NCBI GenBank assembly: GCA_963843845.1
Contig: CAWJMB010000002.1
Span: forward strand, 2,560,001-2,624,000
DNA length: 64,000 nt
Origin: an uncultured Gemmatimonadaceae bacterium
GTDB taxonomy: Bacteria; Gemmatimonadota; Gemmatimonadetes; Gemmatimonadales; Gemmatimonadaceae
Direction of reading: 5' to 3'
Part shown: in pieces, positions 53,151 to 61,773 of the stretch
How the letters are laid out: every line of letters begins with the position of its first letter
How positions within the stretch are numbered: position 1 is the stretch's first letter
Notes under the pieces: generated by a model
What the model was told of the DNA's origin: nothing
Databases searched by the model: none
What the model saw: the letters and a program-made list of their open reading frames with translations, nothing else
Translations under genes and position numbers: made by a program

Positions 53151-53879
53151 GTGGTGGCGGTCGCGCCGCCCGGCTACGTGTCGATCGCCGTCGGTCGTGC
53201 GAACGCCGTGTGCGTGAGCCGCTGCGAGCGCGCCGTGCGGGAAGCGTTGGGCACCGGGACGTTGCACCAGTGGGCCGGCGCACGAGCCGATCGACGCGCG
53301 CTCCACGGGCGAGGCGTCGCGTGGGCCGTCACGCTACCAGACGGCGTGACGCGGGTGGTCGTGCGCCACAGCCGTCACGGGGGCGCGCTCGCGCGCGTGA
53401 CCGGCGACCGGTTCCTCGCGCCGACGCGCGCGCCGCACGAGCTGGCGACGTCGGTCGCCCTGCGAACAGCGGGCGTTCGCACGCCGGAGGTCGTCGCGAC
53501 CGTCGTCTACATGGCCGGCCCATTCCTCCCCCTGCTCCGACGCGCGGACGTCGCGACGCGGCTGGTGCCGAACGCTCGCGACCTCGCCGAGGTCATCGCC
53601 GAGGACGGTGGCCGGGCGGCCTGGGTGCCGGCAGTGGTCGATCTGCTGCGCGCGCTCGCGGACGCCGGCGCGCGCCACGCGGACCTCAACCTGAAGAACA
53701 TCCTCATCGCCCCGGAGGGCGCGTGGGCGCTCGACGTCGACGTCGTCGCGTTAGGCACCCCGCCCGCCGAGGCCGCACGCCGCAACGCCGCGCGTCTCGC
53801 GCGGTCGCTCGAGAAGTGGCGCGGGCGGCGTGGGCTGCCGGTGTCCGACGACGCGTTGCAGGCGATCCGTGCCGCCTGA
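53151..53879 (+). CDS. Kdo/lipopolysaccharide kinase family protein (KdkA-like)
   Basis: VVRHSRHGG, HADLNLKNIL, LDVD, RLARSLEK. Confidence 0.8.
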   Translation: MVAVAPPGYVSIAVGRANAVCVSRCERAVREALGTGTLHQWAGARADRRALHGRGVAWAVTLPDGVTRVVVRHSRHGGALARVTGDRFLAPTRAPHELATSVALRTAGVRTPEVVATVVYMAGPFLPLLRRADVATRLVPNARDLAEVIAEDGGRAAWVPAVVDLLRALADAGARHADLNLKNILIAPEGAWALDVDVVALGTPPAEAARRNAARLARSLEKWRGRRGLPVSDDALQAIRAA

Positions 53880-54939
53880 GTCGCGCCGTCTCGCGGCGCC
53901 ATACGCGCACGTGCCGCTCGACCGGGTCTGCATCGTCATGATGAGCGCCGTCGGTGACGTCGTTCACGTGCTCCCGGTGCTCTCCGCGCTGAAAGAGGCG
54001 CACCCTGCGATGCACGTCACGTGGGTCCTGCAGCCCGGACCGGCGACGCTCGTGCGCGGCCACCCGCTGGTCGACGAGATCGTGCTCTTCGATCGGAGCG
54101 CGGGTGTGCGTGGCTTCGCCGAGGTCCGACGCGAGCTGCGCGCGCGCGGCCCGTTCGACCTCTGCCTCGACTTGCAGGTCTACTTCAAGGCCGGGCTCAT
54201 CACGTCGTTCGTTCCGGCGCGCGTCACGCTCGGCTTCGACCGCGCGCGGGCGCGCGACTTCAACTGGCTGTTCACGAACGCGAAGATTCCCCCGCACGCG
54301 ATGCAGCACGTCCAGGATCAGTATTTCGAGTTCGTCGACGCCCTGGGCGTTCCGCGTGGCGAGCCGGCGTGGCACGTCGGGCCATGGCCGGAGGAACGGG
54401 CGTGGCAGCGCGAGTTCCTCGCGCCGATCGCGCGCCCGGTCGCATCGATCGTCGTCGCGACGAGCAAGGCCCAGAAGGACTGGCTTCCGGAGCGGTGGGC
54501 CGCCGTCTGCGACGCGCTGTACGCGGACTTCGGCGTGCAGCCCGTCCTCGTCGGCGGCCGCTCGCCGCGGGAGATGGCCGCCGAGTCGGTCATTCGGCGC
54601 GCGGCGCGCGTGCCGGTCGTGTCCGCGTTGGGCAGTGGGCTGCGTCGCCTCGTCGCGATCCTCGACGGGTCGGCGCTCGTGCTGTCGCCAGACACGGGTC
54701 CGCTGCACATCTCGGTCGCGCTGAACCGACCGGTCGTGAGCCTGATCGGTTACTCGAATCCGAAGCGGGTCGGGCCGTACCGTCGGTTTCACGACCTCAT
54801 GATCGACGCGTACGGCGAGGCCGGTGAGGACTACCCGATCTCGATGGCCAATCGGCTCGACCGCATGCCGCGGATCACGGTCGACGACGTGCTCGACCGG
54901 GTCGAGCGCTGGCACGCGCGCTATCGCGACGACCGGTAG
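53869..54939 (+). CDS. Glycosyltransferase family 9 (LPS heptosyltransferase-like)
   Basis: SAVGDVVH, DLQ, KDW..ERW, DTGPLHIS. Confidence 0.9.
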   Translation: MPPESRRLAAPYAHVPLDRVCIVMMSAVGDVVHVLPVLSALKEAHPAMHVTWVLQPGPATLVRGHPLVDEIVLFDRSAGVRGFAEVRRELRARGPFDLCLDLQVYFKAGLITSFVPARVTLGFDRARARDFNWLFTNAKIPPHAMQHVQDQYFEFVDALGVPRGEPAWHVGPWPEERAWQREFLAPIARPVASIVVATSKAQKDWLPERWAAVCDALYADFGVQPVLVGGRSPREMAAESVIRRAARVPVVSALGSGLRRLVAILDGSALVLSPDTGPLHISVALNRPVVSLIGYSNPKRVGPYRRFHDLMIDAYGEAGEDYPISMANRLDRMPRITVDDVLDRVERWHARYRDDR

Positions 54940-55541
54940 CCGCTCGCGATCGTCGGCGCCCCGAATCGGTACGGCACGCCGACCTCGCCGAGCAGCCGCA
55001 CGAGGGTGACGAGCGGGAGCCCCATCACCGCGAAATAGTCGCCGTCGATCCGCTCGACGATCGTCGCGCCGTACCCCTGAATGCCATACGAGCCTGCCTT
55101 GTCCATCGGCTCGCCGGTATCGACGTACGCCGCGATCTCGTCGTCGCGCAGCGCGCGGAACGTGACCGCGACGTCGACGACCGCGGAACGCACATCCGCT
55201 CCGCGCGCGACGGCGACCGCCGTGTGCACGACGTGCGTTCGTCCGCTCAGCCGCCGCAGCACGCGTCGCGCGTCGTCCGCGTCGACCGGCTTGCCGAGGA
55301 TGAGATCGTCGATGACGACCGTCGTGTCGGATCCGATGACGACCGCGTCGGGGAGGGCGCTCGAGATGGCGGCGGCCTTCGCGCGCGCGAGCCGCTCGGT
55401 GTAGGCGATCGGCGCCTCCCCAGCGAACGGCGTCTCGTCGACGTCGGCGGGCATCACCGTGTGCGGAATGCCGACGAGCGAGAGCAGCTCGCGGCGACGC
55501 GGCGACTGCGAGGCGAGGACGACCTGTGCCGACGGGCTCAC
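54921..55541 (-). CDS. maf: Maf family nucleotide pyrophosphatase
   Basis: LASQSPRRRELL, DT, GKP, DKAGSYGIQG, VMGLP. Confidence 0.93.
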   Translation of the reverse strand: MSPSAQVVLASQSPRRRELLSLVGIPHTVMPADVDETPFAGEAPIAYTERLARAKAAAISSALPDAVVIGSDTTVVIDDLILGKPVDADDARRVLRRLSGRTHVVHTAVAVARGADVRSAVVDVAVTFRALRDDEIAAYVDTGEPMDKAGSYGIQGYGATIVERIDGDYFAVMGLPLVTLVRLLGEVGVPYRFGAPTIASGYRSSR

Positions 55542-55975
55542 CGCTCGAGCCACAGCGTCACGGGTCCATCGTTCACGAGCTCGACGTGCATCGTCGCGCC
55601 GAACTCCCCGGTCTCGACGACGGCGCCGCGTGCGCGCAGCGAGGCGACGAAGCGCTCGTACAGCGGGACCGCGATCTCCGGCCGCGCCGCGTCGATGAAG
55701 CTCGGTCGCTTTCCCTTCCGGGCGTCGCCGTAGAGGGTGAACTGCGACACGACGAGCAGCGCGCCGCCCGCCTCGCCCAACGACAGGTTCATCTTCCCCT
55801 CGGCGTCGGCGAACAGCCGCAGACCGATGACTTTGTCCGCCATCCACTCGACCGCGTCCGCGGTGTCGGCGCCGGTGAAGCCGACGAGCACCAGGTAGCC
55901 GCGCGCGATGCGTCCGATCGTCCGCGCCTCGACGCGCACCTCGGCGCGCGACACGCGCTGCACGAGCACGCGCAC
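55538..55975 (-). CDS. dtd: D-aminoacyl-tRNA deacylase
   Basis: QRVSRAEV, VSQFTL, KGKRPSF, NDGPVT. Confidence 0.95.
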   Translation of the reverse strand: MRVLVQRVSRAEVRVEARTIGRIARGYLVLVGFTGADTADAVEWMADKVIGLRLFADAEGKMNLSLGEAGGALLVVSQFTLYGDARKGKRPSFIDAARPEIAVPLYERFVASLRARGAVVETGEFGATMHVELVNDGPVTLWLER

Positions 55976-55980
55976 GGTCC

Positions 55981-57765
55981 CTACGACTCGCCGACCGTCG
56001 CGATGTCGCGCCCGCGCCGCCGATACAGCGCCGAGTCGGCGACGTCGACGGCGTCGGCGATCGCGTCGTGGCCGTCGGCGGCGACGCGGCACGCGCCGAT
56101 GGACACGGTGACGGCGAAGGGCGCGGCGGGCGCCGAGTGGCGCGAGAGCGCCACGGCGAGCCGCTCGTCGAAGGCCGCGGCACGCGCGTCGTCCGATGGC
56201 GACGCATCGTCAGCCCCGCTCGTCGCGGCCGGATCGGACGTCAGCGCCACGAACTCGTCGCCGCTCCAGCGCGCGGTGAGCCCCTGCTCGCCGACGACCT
56301 CGCGCAGCGCGCGCGCCACGCGGCGCAACGCGTCGTCGCCGGCGGCGTGCCCGTGATGATCGTTGATGTATTTCAGACCATCGAGGTCGGCGAACAGCAC
56401 GACCGCGTCGCCGCCCCGCTCTCGCAGCCGCCGAAGCTCCCCCTCGGCGAAGAGCGAGAAGCCGCGCCGGTTGTGCAACCCGGTCAGCTCGTCGAGCAGT
56501 GCCAGCTCGCGCAGCTCGCGCTCGTTGCGGAGCTGCGGTCCGATGTCGCGCGCGACGACGACGACGGCGTCCCGATCGTGATAGCGGCACGGACTCGACG
56601 CCAGCTCCACGTCGATCGGGCTCCCGTCGCTCCGCGTCAGCGTCGTCCGCACCCGACCCGACGACGCGGTCGGAACTTCCCCATCCCTCGACTCCGGCGC
56701 CTCGCGGTCGCCGTCGCCGATGAACGAGTCGACGTCGCGCCCTGCCAGCACGTGCTCGTCCGCGACGCCGAGCAGGCGCGCCGCGGCGGCGTTCGCGAAG
56801 AGCACGCGCGCCCGATCGTGCACGAGCACCGCGTCGGGCGACAGCTGTAGGAGCTGGCGATAGCGCTGCTCCGTTTCGCGCAGCGCACGCGCCTGCCGAC
56901 GCGTCACGACGCGAATCGTGGTGAGCACGAGGAGGCCGGCGAGCACGAACGCGACGACGCCGTCGCGCACCCGTCGCGCGACCTGCCGCGAGTACCCGAC
57001 CGTGCGCACGTCACCATTCCGACGCGGAATGATCTGCGTCACCGCGGCGTCGCCCGGGTTGTCGAGATAGACGCTGACGTTCCCGGTGACCTCGAGCTGA
57101 TCACCCCGCTGCACGTCGGCGAGGACGGGCGGATCGTGATGCGTCCACGGCACCCAGAGCGTGAGCGAGTCACCGGCGCCTTTGTGATGCAGGCGAAGCC
57201 ACCGCCCCCCTTCACTCTCCCCGCGTGCACCGACGACGCCGCGCACGCGGAGCAGTCGCCCTTCGGCGACCACGGCGCCGGGCCACGACGTGTCGGGCGC
57301 GACCAGGACGGGAGTCTGTGCCGGGACGACGCGCACGGACGTCGCGATCAGCTCGAGCGACCCGCGGTACGTCGCGAGAGTGCCTCGCGCCTCGACGCTG
57401 TCTCCCTCGTCGACGCGGAGCGTCGTCGCGCGCCGGTACACCCAGATCGCCGACCCCCCGTTCGAGACGGCGATCAGTAGGTGTCTCGGCTGCAACGCTC
57501 CGCTCGGTACCGTCGCCCGCCCGGCGATCGCCACGGTGTCCCCGATGCGCGCGGCCGCGATCACGGCACCGATCGGCTGCGCCTTCGCGCCGTCCGCCTT
57601 CGCGCCGTCCGCACTCGCGCCGTCCGCACTCGCGCCGTCCGCGGTCGCGCCGTCCCCGGTCGCGCCCTCGGCTGGCCGCTGGGCGTGCCCCAGGCCCGGT
57701 CCCAACATCGCCAGCGACATCGCGTACGCGAGCGATCCAAACGACGATCGGAACGACAAGGCCAT
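55981..57765 (-). CDS. Membrane-anchored PAS-GGDEF protein with two extracytoplasmic OB-fold-like domains
   Basis: Signal peptide, two OB-fold patterns, TM helix, PAS, DELTGLHNRR, DLDGLKYINDHHGHAAGD, SGDEF. Confidence 0.85.
   Translation of the reverse strand: MALSFRSSFGSLAYAMSLAMLGPGLGHAQRPAEGATGDGATADGASADGASADGAKADGAKAQPIGAVIAAARIGDTVAIAGRATVPSGALQPRHLLIAVSNGGSAIWVYRRATTLRVDEGDSVEARGTLATYRGSLELIATSVRVVPAQTPVLVAPDTSWPGAVVAEGRLLRVRGVVGARGESEGGRWLRLHHKGAGDSLTLWVPWTHHDPPVLADVQRGDQLEVTGNVSVYLDNPGDAAVTQIIPRRNGDVRTVGYSRQVARRVRDGVVAFVLAGLLVLTTIRVVTRRQARALRETEQRYRQLLQLSPDAVLVHDRARVLFANAAAARLLGVADEHVLAGRDVDSFIGDGDREAPESRDGEVPTASSGRVRTTLTRSDGSPIDVELASSPCRYHDRDAVVVVARDIGPQLRNERELRELALLDELTGLHNRRGFSLFAEGELRRLRERGGDAVVLFADLDGLKYINDHHGHAAGDDALRRVARALREVVGEQGLTARWSGDEFVALTSDPAATSGADDASPSDDARAAAFDERLAVALSRHSAPAAPFAVTVSIGACRVAADGHDAIADAVDVADSALYRRRGRDIATVGES
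57585..57666 (-). repeat. 15-bp tandem repeat encoding an (A/G)DGA(T/S/K) linker
   Basis: TCGCGCCGTCCGCnn, five copies plus a partial copy. Confidence 0.85.
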
Positions 57766-57971
57766 CGACGACGACAGTGAGAGGCGCGACGAATCGGGAG
57801 TTCGCCGGACGCAGAATGGACGGTGCGAGCGAGCCCGTCAATGACCGGCTTTCGGTCGGTTCGCGCGTGCGCGGTGACGTCGCACCCACCGTCGCCGATG
57901 CTGCGTTCTCGTGCGTCATCGCGCAATGGCGTGGCACGCGCTCCCGCGGCCCGCGACCGCAGCGTGGAGGC

Positions 57972-58850
57972 ATGTCCACACGTCTCTCCGGGCGCTCGTG
58001 TGACGGTCGCGTGACGCGACGAACGCACCCTGGAGCCCTCCAGCGCGTTCCGTTCCGTCCCCGCATCGTCGCGTGCTTGCTCGCCTCGCCCCATCCGTTC
58101 GTCGCACCCCTGGTTGACGTCCGTGGCGCGACGCTCCGACTGTTCGACGATCGTCGCGCGCTCCTCGCGTGCGCGCGCAGCGGCTCGGCCGCCGCGATCG
58201 TCGTCGACCTGCACGATGCGGACGGGCGGCCGACGAACGGCACCGTGCGCGCCGTTCGCATCGTCGCGCCATCCCTGCCCGTCTTCGCGCGCTGTCGGCT
58301 GGTGCCGCACGACTGCCGGCTGCTGCTCGACTTCGCGCGCGCCGGCGGCACCGACGTGCTCGTCGACGGCAACTGCGACGCGCTGGTCGCCGCCCTGGCG
58401 CCACGTGCCGCGCGCACCACGGCAGCGATCCACCGTGCCATCGTCGAGCGTCTCGTCGCCGCCGGGCTGCCGCACTCGATCGTGCCGCTGCTCGACGCGC
58501 TCCTGACGCACGTCGACGATCCAGGCGCCGTCGATCGCGCCGCGGCCGCACTGGGCACGAGTCGTCGCGGATTCGAGCGCCGGCTCGTGCGAGCCGCACT
58601 GCCGCCGCCCCGCGCGCTGCAGATCTGGTGTCGACTCCTCGTCGCCGCGGAACGGCTCGCCGGTGACGATGCCGTCGAACGGATCGCGCACGACGTCGGC
58701 TTCTCGTCCGCGAACGCCCTCCGCAACGCGATGCAGCGCTACGCCGGCGCGACGCCGACCGCGATCCGCGACGGCGGCGTCGATCGGCTCGTGACGCGCT
58801 TCCGGGAGGCGCACGTCCGGGCAGTCCGCAGTGAGGGCGACGAGGCATGA
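57972..58850 (+). CDS. AraC family transcriptional regulator with a degenerate receiver-like N-terminus
   Basis: GGAGG RBS, double HTH (AAAALGTSRRGFERR; VERIAHDVGFSSANALRNAMQRYAGATP). Confidence 0.8.
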   Translation: MSTRLSGRSCDGRVTRRTHPGALQRVPFRPRIVACLLASPHPFVAPLVDVRGATLRLFDDRRALLACARSGSAAAIVVDLHDADGRPTNGTVRAVRIVAPSLPVFARCRLVPHDCRLLLDFARAGGTDVLVDGNCDALVAALAPRAARTTAAIHRAIVERLVAAGLPHSIVPLLDALLTHVDDPGAVDRAAAALGTSRRGFERRLVRAALPPPRALQIWCRLLVAAERLAGDDAVERIAHDVGFSSANALRNAMQRYAGATPTAIRDGGVDRLVTRFREAHVRAVRSEGDEA

Positions 58851-58901
58851 CGCGAGGCATGACGCGAGGCATGACGCGAGGCATGACGCGAGGCGTGACG
58901 C
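58842..58901 (+). repeat. 12-bp tandem repeat GAGGCATGACGC, five copies
   Basis: Four perfect copies and one with A>G. Spans the AraC stop codon and the intergenic region. Confidence 0.95.
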
Positions 58902-59022
58902 GTGTCGCGCGGAGTGTGCGGGCACGACGGCGCGTCGCCGCATCGTGGCCTCGCGTTCACGGCGGCGCACGTCCGCGGCGTTCGTGGGCGCGAGCGCCAT
59001 ACCTCAAGCGGAGGAGAACGAC

Positions 59023-59487
59023 ATGACGACACGAGCGATGGGCCCACGCCTCGCGGCACTACTCGCTGCGGTCACGACGATGGCGGCGGCCGGATCGGTC
59101 GCCGCGCAGCCGCCGACGAAGGCGCGGGCCGGCACGACGAAGACGCTGCTCGCGGAGTGCGACTACATGGTGAGCAGCTGTGGCGGCTCGCCTTACATGG
59201 ACCAGTTCGGGATCGGCGGCGGCGGCAGCGGCGGCGGCGTCGGCGGGGGATACGGCGACTCCGCCGACGGTCCCGCTCCGAAGTACGTCTGCGACGGCGG
59301 GAACGGGCCGGCGTGCAAGACGATCGTGACCGAGCGGTGCACGGCGTGGGTGATCGGGGGAGCGAACGGCACCGTCACCGTCACGGTCGGTACGTCGAGC
59401 GGAGGCACCATCGGCGCCGGCGCCACGCGCACCTGTTCGGAGACGGTCACGACGACCGAGACGGTCTATCTGCGCAAGACGTCGTAG
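59023..59487 (+). CDS. Secreted 154-aa Cys/Gly/Thr-rich protein
   Basis: GAGGAG RBS, Sec signal (..GSVAA-Q), six Cys and a poly-Gly segment. Confidence 0.8.
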   Translation: MTTRAMGPRLAALLAAVTTMAAAGSVAAQPPTKARAGTTKTLLAECDYMVSSCGGSPYMDQFGIGGGGSGGGVGGGYGDSADGPAPKYVCDGGNGPACKTIVTERCTAWVIGGANGTVTVTVGTSSGGTIGAGATRTCSETVTTTETVYLRKTS

Positions 59488-59510
59488 CCGTCCCCCCCGC
59501 GCGCACACCG

Positions 59511-59990
59511 ATGCGACCGTCCATTGTTGCGACGCTCCATATCGCCGTCGCACTCGATGCGTGCCGGCTCGCGGGCCCCTCGCCGCTGGCGGAGTTGCCA
59601 GCGGCGGGCGGCTCGGAGCTCCGAGCCGTCCTCCTGATGAGTGAGCGGGACTGCGACAGCAACCTCGCCGCGTTCGGCGTGTTCGACCGCGACGAGGTCC
59701 GACGGGCGGTGCCGCTCGTCGGCGTCGTGGCGCTCGAGCCGCGTGCCGACTCGGCCCGCATCCGTCGATCGCTCGCCGCATTCGACGTGCACGCCCCAGT
59801 TCTCACGGTTCGCGATGCGACACGCGAGAGTCTCCGCGCAGCGTCGCACGACCATCGCATGACAGTGCTGATCGTCCGACGCGATCGCGTGGCGCTGGCG
59901 CTTCGCCCGGCCGAAGGCTCGCTCGGACTCGTGCAGTTCAAGCGCGATGTGCTCGCGCTCACCGCGGCTCACCTCGACTCGTCCCGATGA
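59511..59990 (+). CDS. Hypothetical exported protein, possibly a degenerate thioredoxin fold
   Basis: Hydrophobic N-terminus ending in Cys and AVLLMSERDCDSN. Stop overlaps the next ATG. Confidence 0.6.
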   Translation: MRPSIVATLHIAVALDACRLAGPSPLAELPAAGGSELRAVLLMSERDCDSNLAAFGVFDRDEVRRAVPLVGVVALEPRADSARIRRSLAAFDVHAPVLTVRDATRESLRAASHDHRMTVLIVRRDRVALALRPAEGSLGLVQFKRDVLALTAAHLDSSR

Positions 59991-61034
59991 CCTTCACCGT
60001 CGCACGTCTCCGCCTCGTCTTCCCCCTCGGGGCGCTCGCCATCGTCACGGCCACCGGATGCCGCGACCGCTCGGGCAGCGATGTCTCGGCCGGATCCTGG
60101 CCTCACTGCGACCGCGGGGCGAGCGTTCACGCGGTCGCTCGCGGACACGGCATGGGTCGTCGAGCTCGGTACCGACAGTGGCCTGTTCGCGCCGACCGAC
60201 ATCGCCCTCGACCGGACACAGCTCTACCTCGCCGACCAGGCGACGCGGAGCCTCACCGCGCTCGACCGCGGCACGGGAGGCGTCCGCTGGCGTGCGCCGA
60301 TCCTGTCCGACAAGGGCGACACGCTGACGCACAACTGGCTGGCGTCGAGCCGCCGCGGCGGCGTGTACGTGGGAGACATGACGCCCGGCGTCGTCTGGCA
60401 CGTCCCTGCACGCGGCGGGCGCGCCGAACGCATCGTGCTCTCCACGGCACAGACGGCGAGCGCGATGTGCGAGTTGCCGGACACGACGCTGCTCGTGGCA
60501 CCGCTCCAGCGCCGGCGGGACGTCTTCGTGTTCGACCCGTCCGGCACCGTGCGCTCCACGCACGCGATCCCGTGGCCGGGGTTGCAGACGTCACCAGACC
60601 TTCGGCTCCATGCGGTACTCGCGCCTGCGGGCGATGGCTGCGTGATGGCGCTGTCGTTCGGAGTCGGGTTCGCCCACTTCTCGGGCGGGCGCTTCTCGGA
60701 CGTGGTGGAGTATGTCGAGCCGACCGCGCTCCCCGCCGTCGACAGCGTCGTCACACCGGTACCGGACGGCCGCCGCATCGAGACGACGCTCCGGTCGACC
60801 GAGGTCGCCGCGAATGACGTCGCGGCGACCCCGACTCGCATCGCGATCGCGTTCGGTGGTCGTTCCCCCGACCGGAACCACCTCGTCGACGTCTACGACC
60901 GGCGCGGCAGCTACGTCGAGTCGTTCCGGCTCACGACCGCGATCGGTGGAATCGCCGCGAACGATTCCTCGCTCTTCGTGCTGACCCGCCGGCGTGGCCT
61001 GCCCGTGCTGGTCGCCTTTCGCTGGCCTCGCTAG
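59987..61034 (+). CDS. Beta-propeller (NHL/TolB-like) lipoprotein; frameshift near 60080
   Basis: Lipobox TATGC, PTDIALDRTQLYLAD, VYVGD, VFVFDPSG, VDVYDRRGSYVESF. Confidence 0.72.
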
Positions 61035-61056
61035 GCACTGCCACCTCGGCCCATCC

Positions 61057-61773
61057 ATGCTTCGCGCTCATCACCTCACCAAGCGCTTCGCTCCGGCGAG
61101 TGACGCGCTCGTGGACGTCTCGTTCGAGGTCGCCGACGGCGAGCTGTGCGCGCTCGTCGGGCACAACGGTGCCGGCAAGACGACGTGCATGAACTGTTTC
61201 CTCGACTTCGTGCGCCCCGATGGTGGGCACGCGGCGATCGACGACGTCGTCGTCGCACGAGCGCCGGTCGACGCCCGCCGACGCCTCGCGTTCCTCGGCG
61301 AGCACGTTGCCGTCTACGCTCGGCTCACCGGCCGCGAGAACGTCCGCTTCTTCGTTCGGCTCGCGGGGCGAACCCGTCTGTCCGCCACGGAGGCCGGAGA
61401 CGCGCTCGCTCGGCTCGGACTCCCGGCGCATGCCATCGACCAGCCGGTCTCGACGTACTCGAAGGGGATGCGTCAGCGCGTCGGACTCGCGATCGCTGCC
61501 GCGTGTCGCGTGCGCAATCTCGTGCTCGACGAACCGACCACCGGGCTCGACCCCGACGCCGCAGGCGCGCTCGTCACGCTGCTTCACGAGCTGAGCCGCG
61601 ATGGCTGTGCCGTGCTCGCCAGTTCACACGACCTCGCCCGCTTCGCCGGCGTCGCCGACGCCGCCGTGTGCCTCGCTCGCGGCCGAGTCGTCGACACGGC
61701 GCGCGGAACGACGGTTCGGCGGCACGGCTTGGAGTCGTGGTACGACCGCGTCGCGAGGGGAGAGGTCGCATGA
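61057..61773 (+). CDS. ABC exporter ATP-binding protein
   Basis: GHNGAGKT, YSKGMRQR, LVLDEPTTGLD, SSH. Confidence 0.93.
   Translation: MLRAHHLTKRFAPASDALVDVSFEVADGELCALVGHNGAGKTTCMNCFLDFVRPDGGHAAIDDVVVARAPVDARRRLAFLGEHVAVYARLTGRENVRFFVRLAGRTRLSATEAGDALARLGLPAHAIDQPVSTYSKGMRQRVGLAIAAACRVRNLVLDEPTTGLDPDAAGALVTLLHELSRDGCAVLASSHDLARFAGVADAAVCLARGRVVDTARGTTVRRHGLESWYDRVARGEVA

Noticed and set aside
58842..58901. Possible CRISPR array
   Set aside because: The 12-bp units are contiguous with no spacers, and there are no cas genes.
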